A stretch of DNA of 64,000 nt from Candidatus Poribacteria bacterium (GTDB lineage Bacteria; Poribacteria; WGA-4E; WGA-3G): the NCBI GenBank assembly GCA_965200395.1, contig CBDAUH010000003.1, forward strand, positions 874,398 to 938,397, in the 5' to 3' direction. The position numbers were made by a program, and so were the translations under genes. Shown piece by piece: positions 27,536-37,485 of the stretch (position 1 is the stretch's first letter; each line of letters opens with the position of its first letter). A model generated the notes under the pieces. The model did no database searches. It was not told where the DNA came from and saw nothing but the letters and a program-made list of their open reading frames with translations.

Positions 27536-30061
27536 TCAAATAGATTTGGTATAAGCACCGCGTAGGAATATTCTAATAAATCCTGCTGTTTCTTGTGGTT
27601 TGTATTCGTCGCTCCATCCTGCACCTGTTAAGATGGCGTATCCATCTGCGCGTTGGTCATTGAATTTAATCTCCTCACCTGTCGTTTCGTCTACAACTTT
27701 GATATGTGTATCGTCTGTAAATGTGATAGAGTAGGTGTGTGGATGGTAATATGTTATCCAAAAGATATTCGGGCCGGTGGTAGTGCTTCCGCCAGTTGCC
27801 TCAGGTTGGATGTCCACTGTCCAGCCTGGTACAGCACCTTTGGTAAGTTTAACGTCAATGATTGTGTTTGCTGTTGGGCTATCGTAGGACACGTCAACCC
27901 CTTTTAGGTTCAAAATGATACCATCGAACATCGGTGTGCGGCTCTCAACAGCCTCTCCGTTAATAGGGTCGTACCAATCAAACGTTTGCTTTTCGACGAC
28001 AGTTTTGTTAGTTGTGGTATCGATGATTTCATAAGCAGGGGGTTGGTAGCCGGGACCTGTGATAAAGGCACTGGGTCCGGTCTGTTCAGCACCGTACCAA
28101 ACAATCTTGTATGGATTTCCAGTAACTTTGTCAGGTGCTAACACCGTCGGTTCAATGGTGACAGATACTTCTCCGTTTGGCACTAATTCGACGGTAGGTT
28201 CTTTATATCCTGCGGGATGTGCGCGTGGGACAACATGCACCATTGTTTCAATCTGGCTACTTTCCATAGCGGGTAGTGCTTTTTTAGGATTGCCTGTATC
28301 GTAGGAGGTGACAGCATAGGTGTATTGGATTCCGTTGGTTAAACCTGTGTCTGTGGAGAAATTTTTGATTCCTGCATCTTCTCCGAGTGCCTGTGATGTT
28401 GTAGAAACGACGCGGAAGATATCCCCTGCAACTGGTGGGCCTGAGGGGCCATCAGTAATTTTTACGTAGAGTCCACCGAAATAGATCTGCTCACCGGAAC
28501 GATACGTGCCATCTGGATACGGTTCACCTGTATCTGGATTCTGTACGATGACATATCCACCGCCATCTGCTGGAAATTCGGGATTATATGCCATGACTTC
28601 CCATAATGTTGTGTTGATCACTTCGAAGCTTGTGCTGGAATTGAATTTGATTGCATAGGTTGCGCTTTTGAAGAAGTCGGAGAAAAAGGGTTCATCCCCC
28701 ATGTTTTCAATGATAGCGTCTGACTGCTTTCCGACATGTGCAACGGTGAAATAATTACCGGTAGCACTCGGTTTGTCAAACTCCATCAGTAATTGCCAAT
28801 CTTCAACGGGATTGCCAGTGTTTTCATCGTAGGCGGTATCTCGCCTATAGACTCTGTAACCTTCGAAGATTTTTTCTGGGTCGGTCACGTCAACATATTC
28901 TTCGATACTTTTATTGACACCGTTGTCGACCCAACGTTCTGCGCTTTCCCAAACGAGGGACACTTGTCCATCTGCGGGATATGCTGTTACTAGTGGAGAG
29001 GGTGGCGGTGCGGGCGCTACATATTCGTCGTCGTATAGTTTCTGGGCCCAGTCCGATGATGTTTGCAAACCTGCAAGTCCTTCACCTATTGCGACTGCGA
29101 TGATGACGTTGAATGTTTCTCCGGGGGCAAGCGATTCAACTGGTCCATAAGATTGGACAAAGCGTTGGTCGTCGTAGTTTGCGGGGAGTGGTTCGATGCC
29201 GGGTGTGCTGATGAGTGCATATATCTCGGCATCGGTTGTTGGGTCTGTATCTATTGTGATCCGCTTGTGCGCAATAAATGGAATCTTGGCTGATTCATCC
29301 TGCGAATCATTTCCAATATATGCATCGAGCACGCGTAAGCCGATATACCCTGGGGCAGAAGCGTTAGAGAAACCGTAAGAGAGGTAACGATTTGGGTGAT
29401 CTTCAGGATTAAGGCTGTCTGGTGTCTGATCTAAGGCGACGAAGTCGTCAGCGGAGTAGCTTGCTGTGCCTGTTTCGTTGCTGGATACATCTACATCATA
29501 ACGGAACGCCATAAACGCATCTTCAAGCGTGTCGCTGCCGACATTCTTGACGTTATACTCAAGAATAAAGAAGTCGTAAAGCGGTGCGTAGCTCCATTGG
29601 AATCCGCTGACTTCGATTTCTAAGCCGAGGATCAATTCCTTATTTGCTTCTGGATTGGTATCAGAACATTTGAATCTAATTGCTTGGTTTGTAGGTGTAC
29701 CCTTTGAGGTTACACTTGGTTTTTTGGAAAGAATGTCGACGAAGGTGCCAGTATCAGGGTCTTCAATTGGAATTGGCCATATTTCACTTTGTCTGCCGTC
29801 TGCTTCGGCGACTCCTATTTCGCCATTTCTTTTCGCGCCGATCCAGATGTCGCCTTCAAAGATGTAGGAATCGTTTGTACCTGCTGGCCACCATCCTGAT
29901 GGGTTGGCAGTAGGGTTCCTTGGGTACCCGACAACTGCGGTATTGAAAATAGCAGAGGATAGATTTCCTACGTCCAATGCTTTCCAATCTTCACCTGCAT
30001 TGACTGACAACGTGGTCAATGCTAATACCATAAATAATAGACTATATTGCAGTATCTTCAT
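27536..30061 (-). CDS. Large secreted protein (841 aa), function unknown
   Basis: Signal peptide MKILQYSLLFMVLALTTLSVNA. It ends at the IS630 boundary. Confidence 0.6.
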   Translation of the reverse strand: MKILQYSLLFMVLALTTLSVNAGEDWKALDVGNLSSAIFNTAVVGYPRNPTANPSGWWPAGTNDSYIFEGDIWIGAKRNGEIGVAEADGRQSEIWPIPIEDPDTGTFVDILSKKPSVTSKGTPTNQAIRFKCSDTNPEANKELILGLEIEVSGFQWSYAPLYDFFILEYNVKNVGSDTLEDAFMAFRYDVDVSSNETGTASYSADDFVALDQTPDSLNPEDHPNRYLSYGFSNASAPGYIGLRVLDAYIGNDSQDESAKIPFIAHKRITIDTDPTTDAEIYALISTPGIEPLPANYDDQRFVQSYGPVESLAPGETFNVIIAVAIGEGLAGLQTSSDWAQKLYDDEYVAPAPPPSPLVTAYPADGQVSLVWESAERWVDNGVNKSIEEYVDVTDPEKIFEGYRVYRRDTAYDENTGNPVEDWQLLMEFDKPSATGNYFTVAHVGKQSDAIIENMGDEPFFSDFFKSATYAIKFNSSTSFEVINTTLWEVMAYNPEFPADGGGYVIVQNPDTGEPYPDGTYRSGEQIYFGGLYVKITDGPSGPPVAGDIFRVVSTTSQALGEDAGIKNFSTDTGLTNGIQYTYAVTSYDTGNPKKALPAMESSQIETMVHVVPRAHPAGYKEPTVELVPNGEVSVTIEPTVLAPDKVTGNPYKIVWYGAEQTGPSAFITGPGYQPPAYEIIDTTTNKTVVEKQTFDWYDPINGEAVESRTPMFDGIILNLKGVDVSYDSPTANTIIDVKLTKGAVPGWTVDIQPEATGGSTTTGPNIFWITYYHPHTYSITFTDDTHIKVVDETTGEEIKFNDQRADGYAILTGAGWSDEYKPQETAGFIRIFLRGAYTKSI

Positions 30062-30213
30062 ATAAGTTTACCTTCATATTGATGTGTAATGATATATTGA
30101 TCCTCTTTGAAAATAGTATTAGTGGGTTTCTAACTCTGGTTTAACAACAAAAGTGTTTGTAGTCCTACGATTATTTTGCCTTGAATAGTCTGTCAACAAT
30201 TGGATGCTTCGAG

Positions 30214-32160
30214 TCATTCTGCTTCTGTGATTTCAAATATTCGATACCTCTGCTTATTACCGTTACCAACATCTATTTCGTCTTCAACGTATAGCGGATA
30301 TTTGTATTCCCTATCTGCTACGGAGAAAAGGTATGGAATTGCTCCTGCTTGTCGTGCTTCCTTTGCTTTGGTTTCAAGAATTTGTTGTTCGGCATCGTTT
30401 GTAATTTTTATCGGATATGTTGACCTATCCGCATAATACATTAAATCGAAATGTGCGCCTGATCGTTGTTCATCGAGGAAAAAACAGACATTTTTGGGCA
30501 TCTCCTGTTGAATGCGTTCCCCACTTTTTACGTAGAGAGGGATTTGCTCGTTCCGTTCGGTAACGTTGTATGCTGCGTAGACATAACGGCCTGCGCAGAA
30601 TAGGGCAAGCATAAGTGCGACAACGCGTACCCCTATCCATATCCATCTCAACCATTCTTTTTGATAGAATAAGCGATAGATACAATAAAATATAGCGAGC
30701 AGTAAACCGAATGCAATAAGTTGCTCAACGATAACGAAATGTTTATGTATGAAAGGTGTGAAACCTTTTATGCTATCAAATTGAAAAGACGTTATTCCTT
30801 TACCCCTAACTGGTACAGATAGCCACTTTCCGGTGCTAACAAATAAAATCGTAATGGATATGGCAGCAATGGACATCATTGAAGCACCCCAAATTGCTGT
30901 GTAGAGTTGGGCTTGTTGTTCCGCTATCAGATTACCTTTTGGTGGAGGCAGAGTCGTTCCGATAGATTCGGTATGTCGGTGTTGATATGCTCGGCTGATG
31001 ACCGCTGCTAAACATATTACCAGTGCAGGTACAGAAATCATTGTTGCGGATGGCGTTTTTGTTTCTGCAAGTGTGTGTGGTAAAATCACGCCGATGCCCC
31101 ATGCCAATACAAACAGTTCCGGTAGCCGCCAATGTCTGAGCAACACCACAAGCAAGCACAGCGCAACTGCCAATATTGCAGCGTAAATGTATGGATAGAA
31201 CAACGGCATATATTCAAACAAAGGTCGGTCCCAGGATGCCCCCCATCCTTCAACGTTTGTATTGAGATGGTCAAGGACGCGTTTATGTTCCCATATAAAT
31301 TCCTTCGGATATTTTATTAGGCAATAGATTGTCCACGGTGCGATAGTTGCAATGCCGGTAAGGAGTTGTATGACGACATCACTGAGTCGAATTTTCACAG
31401 TTTCTTCATCTGGGACGGTATTATTCGTTTCTTCTTGCCCCTCTAACGGTGGGGTTTGAGCGTTTTTTACTTTATATTTGCGTATTATCCGTTTGGAAAA
31501 CGCGATAAACCAAACGACGGCAGCTAGACCGAAAGTAATTAGTGCTAGATAGCTTTTTGAGAGATACGCGATTCCCATCGCTATGCCTGATAAGATGTAG
31601 TTTCTTCTTTTGCCGCTACGTATACCGCGAAGCAGAAACCAGCAGGATACTTGTACCCAGAGGAGTAACGCGATGTCTATGTGATCCGAATAACGGTAAC
31701 CGTGGACAGAAGCGAAGAGAAACGGATTGAACGCCTGAAGGAACGCTGCAATGAGCCCCGCACGTTTATCAAATAGATCTGATGTTATTCTGTATGTCAA
31801 CCATGCTGACAGTATAAGGCTGATAGCAGATGGTAGACGGAGCGCGAACGCGTTGATTCCAAAGATAAAGTGTGATATACAGATTTGCCACATAGCGACA
31901 GGCGGTTTGTGTAGCCAAATGTGGTTGTTTCCCCAGCTTTTGTAATCGTATTTGAGCCACGGTTGGTCGTAAAGCGTAAATTTTAACGGATGTTTCGTTA
32001 GATTCCGAGCGACAATTGCATGATACCCTTCATCCCAATAGTGAATCTTACTGTGTCCGAGATTTCGCAATACCAAAGTAAAGGATGCAATGAGAATACA
32101 TAGGAGTATTATTTTAATATGTATATTTTTAGTGTTTATGAATGAGTTCTCAAAAATCAT
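30214..32160 (-). CDS. Membrane glycosyltransferase, GT39/GT83 (ArnT/PMT-like)
   Basis: Multi-TM protein; HYWDEGYHA in the first periplasmic loop is typical of ArnT/PMT_2 proteins. Confidence 0.65.
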   Translation of the reverse strand: MIFENSFINTKNIHIKIILLCILIASFTLVLRNLGHSKIHYWDEGYHAIVARNLTKHPLKFTLYDQPWLKYDYKSWGNNHIWLHKPPVAMWQICISHFIFGINAFALRLPSAISLILSAWLTYRITSDLFDKRAGLIAAFLQAFNPFLFASVHGYRYSDHIDIALLLWVQVSCWFLLRGIRSGKRRNYILSGIAMGIAYLSKSYLALITFGLAAVVWFIAFSKRIIRKYKVKNAQTPPLEGQEETNNTVPDEETVKIRLSDVVIQLLTGIATIAPWTIYCLIKYPKEFIWEHKRVLDHLNTNVEGWGASWDRPLFEYMPLFYPYIYAAILAVALCLLVVLLRHWRLPELFVLAWGIGVILPHTLAETKTPSATMISVPALVICLAAVISRAYQHRHTESIGTTLPPPKGNLIAEQQAQLYTAIWGASMMSIAAISITILFVSTGKWLSVPVRGKGITSFQFDSIKGFTPFIHKHFVIVEQLIAFGLLLAIFYCIYRLFYQKEWLRWIWIGVRVVALMLALFCAGRYVYAAYNVTERNEQIPLYVKSGERIQQEMPKNVCFFLDEQRSGAHFDLMYYADRSTYPIKITNDAEQQILETKAKEARQAGAIPYLFSVADREYKYPLYVEDEIDVGNGNKQRYRIFEITEAE

Positions 32161-32205
32161 TTGTATTGTACGAAATACTCGATCTACTGTTGTTTTCTTA
32201 TGTTA

Positions 32206-32823
32206 TCACCCAACGTAGTGGAATAGATACAACATCGCAATTCCACCGATGACCATGAGCACCCCCATAATGGTATAAAAGATGAAGGTGATAAGTTTAA
32301 TGGGTCCGGATGATAGACTGAAATGTCTATTTATCTCGGCGGCTATTTTTGGAAGCATCGGACGGTGCTCACGTTGTTTAATCTTAACCACTCCTGACCC
32401 TAGCCATGGCTGAATAGCAACTTGTAAATCGGCATCAATGGATGTCAATCGAATGGAGGATAGAGATTCCTCGTAAGGCAACTGCAGTTTTTCGAGGGCG
32501 GCAAGGAGTGCTTCACGGAATGAGGTATCGGTTATGCCATAAGCGGCATATCCTTGCAGTGCGAAACACATCATGACAAGGACAACAGTAAATATGGCAG
32601 GATTAAGCCAGTTCCATAAAGTGATGTCAGTTATCGTAAGAAAGAATGGCATTATTATGTTTGGTACAAAGGCAACAAACATGAATAATAGTAACCATCT
32701 ATTTGATACCAAGAACGGTGTTTTCGTTAAAATGCCGCGTAACCCTAAAATCAAGAAAAATGCAGCCATAACCCCAAACATAATCGGTAACATAATTGAA
32801 AATATGTAGAAACTAGTGTCCAT
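32206..32823 (-). CDS. Hypothetical integral membrane protein
   Basis: Multiple hydrophobic helices; no motif. Confidence 0.45.
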   Translation of the reverse strand: MDTSFYIFSIMLPIMFGVMAAFFLILGLRGILTKTPFLVSNRWLLLFMFVAFVPNIIMPFFLTITDITLWNWLNPAIFTVVLVMMCFALQGYAAYGITDTSFREALLAALEKLQLPYEESLSSIRLTSIDADLQVAIQPWLGSGVVKIKQREHRPMLPKIAAEINRHFSLSSGPIKLITFIFYTIMGVLMVIGGIAMLYLFHYVG

Positions 32824-32864
32824 TTTTTTCTCCTTAAAATGACGGTGGATTGCTTATATCGGGC

Positions 32865-33866
32865 TTATATCCATCCATCTTCAATCATCAGCGTTAGTGG
32901 TGATTCCATCTCTTCCATAGGCATCCGAACACGTTGTCTTTTTCGAGATGATTCGTAGATTGCCATGAGCAACTCAAGCGTAGCATATCCACAATGTCCG
33001 CTTGAGCGATGTTCTCGGTCTTCTTCAATGGCGATGATCATATCTCGTACAGGTGTAATTTCTGGGGGTAGTTCTGGTGTTGCCCATGTTCCATCTGTTT
33101 CTTCGTTTCGGTAGCGGATTCCTGGACCACCGGGAGCTGCGAGTTCTATTTCTCCTTCTGTGCCGTAGCAGTAAATATGATGGTAACCGGGTGCTGTATC
33201 GTTGCCGGATTCGATGATGCCGCGCACATTATCCTCAAATTTGAAGTAGCCGATTGCGAAGTCTTCGGAGTGCAGATCGTATTTGGTCGGTGTGCCGATA
33301 CGTTCGATCTGCCCAATTACCCAGCTGACGGGTGTGTCTCCGTGAAGGTATAACATTAGGTCAACGGTATGTGTAGCATTGTCCTTTAGGTCTCCACCAC
33401 CACAGATGCCGTGAATGCGGAAGAGGTCTCCGATGGTGCCGTCAACGATCATCTGTTTTGCATGTTGATAGGGTGTGCTAAAACGCACTTGGTGGTCAAT
33501 AGCCAATTTCACGTTGTTTTCTGAGCATGACGCGAGCATTGCCTTTCCTCGCCCAAGGTTTTCAGCCATGGGTTTTTCTGACAGGATGCCTTTGACACCG
33601 TGTTTTGCGGTTTCAATCACAAGTGGTGCATGGTGTTTCGGACGTGTGCAAACTGACACAAGATCAATTTCTTCTGTTTTCAGCATTTCGATGTAATCGG
33701 TGTATCGTTTTTCGACCTCGTATCTTTCGCCATAGGAGTTTAGACGGTCTTCGTCGATATCGGAGATGGCGGTTATCTCTGCCTGTGGTTCACTTACATA
33801 CCATCCGGCGTGCATGTGGGAAATTCCCCCGCAGCCGATGATTGCGACCTTATATATTTTGTCCAT
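32865..33866 (-). CDS. Gfo/Idh/MocA family oxidoreductase
   Basis: N-terminal Rossmann motif KVAIIGCGGISHMHA. ATG at 33866 with a GAGGT ribosome-binding site. Confidence 0.8.
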   Translation of the reverse strand: MDKIYKVAIIGCGGISHMHAGWYVSEPQAEITAISDIDEDRLNSYGERYEVEKRYTDYIEMLKTEEIDLVSVCTRPKHHAPLVIETAKHGVKGILSEKPMAENLGRGKAMLASCSENNVKLAIDHQVRFSTPYQHAKQMIVDGTIGDLFRIHGICGGGDLKDNATHTVDLMLYLHGDTPVSWVIGQIERIGTPTKYDLHSEDFAIGYFKFEDNVRGIIESGNDTAPGYHHIYCYGTEGEIELAAPGGPGIRYRNEETDGTWATPELPPEITPVRDMIIAIEEDREHRSSGHCGYATLELLMAIYESSRKRQRVRMPMEEMESPLTLMIEDGWI

Positions 33867-33876
33867 AAAAATACCT

Positions 33877-34875
33877 CTACTTATTTGCCTTTTCAATCTT
33901 ATTATAGATGTCGGTGCTCATATTGACTAATTTTTCACGGATTTCATCCCAATCTTCTCGGTCATTTTTACCTTTGTCAAGGACACGGAATATTACTTTT
34001 GTTTCTTTAGGTGAGTCATCAAATTCATAGTCATAATCTGGTTATGGAAATAATGTCATGATTTCTTCCCTATGGCTGATATCCTTGAAGTATAATCGAA
34101 TATAGCATCGTTGATTTGTGATGTTAGGTTCCACCCTAACCTTAGTATTCGGAACAATTTTCATTATCCGGTCTACCGTAGGAAGCACAGGTTTCCCGAT
34201 AAATAATTCTCCAAATTCACCGTTACGAATTGGTGTCCAGAATTCGTTGTGTCCAGCTTTTGTTTTCTTTTCGGTTTGGGTACTATTGTGAGGCGCAGCG
34301 TGATGAAGAGGGTGAAGTTCGCTGTGTGATTTAGCTAATTTCGACACATGTTTGTCGAGATATTCTTCTATTTGCATCAAACGCATCACGGGACATTGTA
34401 ATGGTTTAGTCTCGGTCTTTGCATAGTTTCTCAGTTCTTCTAAGCAATTTTGAAACTTCTCATTTACTATGCACTCAATGTCAATGCCATACTCGCTTTT
34501 TATGTTTTCTTGAATAATTTTAAGATGTTGCGTTTGATTGTGTTCAGGATTTCCTTTTGGGTTTTTGACTATTGGACTCCAAAGCATGAAATGTTGATCG
34601 TATTCATCGAAATAATTCCTCGCGTATTCAATATCTCTTGAGAATTTATCTGTTAGTTTCTGGACATTATTGAGTTGGCTGTTTTTTGTATACCGAAGTC
34701 CTGTTGCAAGATGTATAGCTACTTCACAAATATAAACCTGTTGTTTCGCTATATTCAATCCAACGACATCAATTTCACCCTGGGATTCGATAGTGTACAA
34801 GTTAGTTTGAGTGAGACTACACTGTCGTATGTATCGCAAGTATGAAGATACAAGTTGTTCGCCGACATTTAACAT
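33877..34875 (-). pseudogene. Hypothetical protein (PD-(D/E)xK-like N-terminus plus shared C-terminal domain) interrupted by an in-frame TAA
   Basis: ORF 34042-34875 ends ...EIMTLFP*. The same frame continues PDYDYEFDD...VLDKGKNDREDWDEIREKLVNMSTDIYNKIEKANK to 33877. The paralog has K (AAA) at the position of the stop. Confidence 0.5.
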
Positions 34876-34930
34876 TTTGATCTCCTTGATGGATTTAGTG
34901 TTCCTTTGTTAATTTTGTGCGGGCTGCCTG

Positions 34931-36013
34931 CTATAAGTCAGATTCGCTGATTTTATTGTAGATGTCGGTGCCCATAGTTACTAATGCTTCTCGGATTTCG
35001 TTCCAATCGTCTCGATCATTTTTACCTTTATCAAGGATAGGAAATTTCAGAACTGTTGCATCATAGCGTGTTTCTTTATATGTGTAAATAAAATCTGATT
35101 TTGGAAATAATGCTTCAACTTCATTCCCTGGTTTCAATCTGTTTGATCCTTTCACCCACAATTGAACATAACATTCGTGGTTATTAAGACGGAGACACAC
35201 TTCTATACCGTGAATGGTTTTGATGATCTGACTTTCGTCACGGATTGGTACGGGTTTTCCAGAAAATACACTGTTTCCATCGCGAATTGGTGCCCAAAAT
35301 TCACTGTATCCAGCTTTAGTTTTCTTGTTCGTGTTTGTATCAGTAGCATCTTGCTGCCCACGCGCACCCCTATCCCAAATGTAAGCGTCAACGTCTCGGA
35401 CAGATATCTTCAGCTTTGCCGAAGATGCTTCTAAGATATTAAGTGCTTCAAAGGCTGAAACGTTCCGGTCCAAGAGACTTGAAACGAATCTGATAATATG
35501 TACATCAGGTTTCGTAGTATCAGCACCGAACAGCATGCGAAGGTATTGAAAACCTGCAATTCCAAAACCGCTGATGTTCAAATCTCGGTGTTCATCAGGT
35601 TTGGCATTAATTGCCCACTGTTTGAGAGTTTCTTCTTCTGGAACATGAGGAGTTTCTTCAACGATTTTGCAAACGAAGTCTACAACTGATTGAAGTATAT
35701 TGGCACGTTTTTTATAATTGAAATTGAGTTCTTGTCGCATGAATGTGTGAGGAGTCCGATAACTTTCCATGAGACTTGCTAATTCGTTTATAGTGTTTAT
35801 GTCAGGATGTTTCTCAGCGAATGCATCTAACCGCGGCACTACAAAGGCATCGTATTTTCTGTTGAGGGAAAGGACGCAGTCGATGACAAGAACCGCAGTT
35901 GGTCGTGACCACGTTGGATCTACGGTTCCGTACCCACGAACATCAGGTCCGAGTCTTTTGATTCCTTCTGTGACAGCATCGATATCTTCTGTAGGCAAAT
36001 TAACATTTTGCAT
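34931..36013 (-). CDS. Hypothetical protein, paralogous in its C-terminal ~130 aa to 33877-34875
   Basis: Shared segments KKTKAGYSEFWAPIRDG... and ...ILDKGKNDRDDWNEIREALVTMGTDIYNKI. Confidence 0.55.
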   Translation of the reverse strand: MQNVNLPTEDIDAVTEGIKRLGPDVRGYGTVDPTWSRPTAVLVIDCVLSLNRKYDAFVVPRLDAFAEKHPDINTINELASLMESYRTPHTFMRQELNFNYKKRANILQSVVDFVCKIVEETPHVPEEETLKQWAINAKPDEHRDLNISGFGIAGFQYLRMLFGADTTKPDVHIIRFVSSLLDRNVSAFEALNILEASSAKLKISVRDVDAYIWDRGARGQQDATDTNTNKKTKAGYSEFWAPIRDGNSVFSGKPVPIRDESQIIKTIHGIEVCLRLNNHECYVQLWVKGSNRLKPGNEVEALFPKSDFIYTYKETRYDATVLKFPILDKGKNDRDDWNEIREALVTMGTDIYNKISESDL

Positions 36014-36050
36014 TGAGATTCCTCCTAAAAATTCAAACTTGCACCTATTG

Positions 36051-36410
36051 TTAAAGGTTTAAAGTATGTCGTAAAGCCTCATCAATTTTATTCATTCGAA
36101 TTGAGCCGATGACCCGGTCGATCTCAGATTCTGCTACAGTAGCAAGATTGTCTGTCATCACTACTGAGTCCGTAATTAACCCTGATTCTTGTCCTTCATA
36201 AGTAGCAAGGAAAATTGGAACACGACTCGGGTGGTCAGATCGGAACATCTTGCTGGTTATCATCGCTACAATTACTTGTGGTAAACCCGTTTGCAGATTA
36301 TCTGCTTGAATAATCAATGCTGGACGGGGTTTGGCTGTAAGCATGTTTGAATCAGGGAAAATTGCTAAAATTACATCACTGCGTTTGTAATTTAGCTTTT
36401 TCCTCATCAT
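36051..36410 (-). CDS. MazF/PemK-family toxin (type II TA)
   Basis: YKRSDVILAIFPDSN...PRPALIIQADNL... fits a PemK-like fold. Start assumed at MMRKK. Confidence 0.6.
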   Translation of the reverse strand: MMRKKLNYKRSDVILAIFPDSNMLTAKPRPALIIQADNLQTGLPQVIVAMITSKMFRSDHPSRVPIFLATYEGQESGLITDSVVMTDNLATVAESEIDRVIGSIRMNKIDEALRHTLNL

Positions 36411-36636
36411 AGTTGTCATAGACACTCATCTCGGGGCTTTCCCAATCCTCTGCAAAGGTTGAGAAGCGTGCACGCAGATCTGCTGCTTGTGCTTCGTCAA
36501 TACCACGTTCACGCAAATCTATAGCATCAGATGAAAGAAAAGTTATGATGACGCGTGTGCCTTCATACGCATCATTAGGTGTTTCTGAGAGTTCTATTTT
36601 CCCATTGTGATATATACCTTCAATAGTTATTGACAT
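36376..36636 (-). CDS. Antitoxin (DUF104-like) paired with the MazF-like toxin
   Basis: MSITIEGIYHNGKIELSE is a typical DUF104 antitoxin N-terminus. It overlaps the toxin gene. Confidence 0.5.
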   Translation of the reverse strand: MSITIEGIYHNGKIELSETPNDAYEGTRVIITFLSSDAIDLRERGIDEAQAADLRARFSTFAEDWESPEMSVYDNYDEEKAKLQTQ

Positions 36637-36699
36637 GGTTATTTCTCCTTTTAAATGTAAAGTCTACTATATAACTGTGAATTTGGTATAAACAATTTT

Positions 36700-36757
36700 T
36701 GTAGAGCAAACTGTCAGTTTGCGTTCCACAGATGCACAAACTGTCAGTTCGATGCTC
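36700..36757. repeat. Palindromic repeat, copy B (two adjacent units; perfect GCAAACTGTCAGTTTGC at 36706-36722)
   Basis: tttgtagagcaaactgtcagtttgcgttccacagatgcacaaactgtcagttcgatgc. Confidence 0.55.
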
Positions 36758-36879
36758 AGTTTACGGTGATTTCATAAGACATTATGTTCTTCATACTTCT
36801 TACACCAATTGTATTTGAGTTAAAAGTAAAAACTCCTAACAGCTTCACGGTTTAATTTCGAGATTTGAGACGTTCAAAG

Positions 36880-37377
36880 TTACCTCATCTCAAGAAGATC
36901 TTTCCGCAGAAGTTTAAGGGCTTCACGAACTGTGTGGATTGCTGATGTACGTACATCCCTGCTTAGTGTAAACAATCTTGGGTCGTGTGTATCAGCTGCC
37001 CACACAACTTCCCCTGTTTCAATACTTACGAGTCTCACGTTTAGATGGGAGTCAATCCATGTAATACTTGTCTCGCCTGTAATGTTACCAACAAAAATGC
37101 CTTCTATTCCAAGCAATTTTCCTAAGTGTTCATGTGTTGTGAAATCAACTAAGTCACTTTGCTGAAAATTCAACTCTTTCAGTACAGCATTAATCTGTGA
37201 GCGTTCAACGACTTGGAATCCTAAAGTCGGAAGACCGTTCAAAAATTGTTCTGTTGCCTGTTGAGCAATAGTCGAGTCTCCTTTAAAGGTAATCACTTCC
37301 ACCCGCGCAGGAACTCCGGGAGGTAGAGACTGTTGGCGCGGTGTCGTGATTATTCCGGTGGAAGTTGATGTCGTCAT
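36880..37377 (-). CDS. Hypothetical protein with LpoB/CsgG/TolB-N-like alpha/beta module
   Basis: VITFKGDS...QFLNGLPTLGFQVVERSQINAVLKELNFQQSDLVD...LGKLLGIEGIFVGNIT. Confidence 0.4.
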   Translation of the reverse strand: MTTSTSTGIITTPRQQSLPPGVPARVEVITFKGDSTIAQQATEQFLNGLPTLGFQVVERSQINAVLKELNFQQSDLVDFTTHEHLGKLLGIEGIFVGNITGETSITWIDSHLNVRLVSIETGEVVWAADTHDPRLFTLSRDVRTSAIHTVREALKLLRKDLLEMR

Positions 37378-37485
37378 GATAAAATACTCTCTTTTTCACA
37401 AACTAATCATAGATTAGATTTAAGTTCTTATAGGTTTTCTACTTTCAAGATTGCAAGAAACCTTTCGTATAAAATTATTTTCCCG

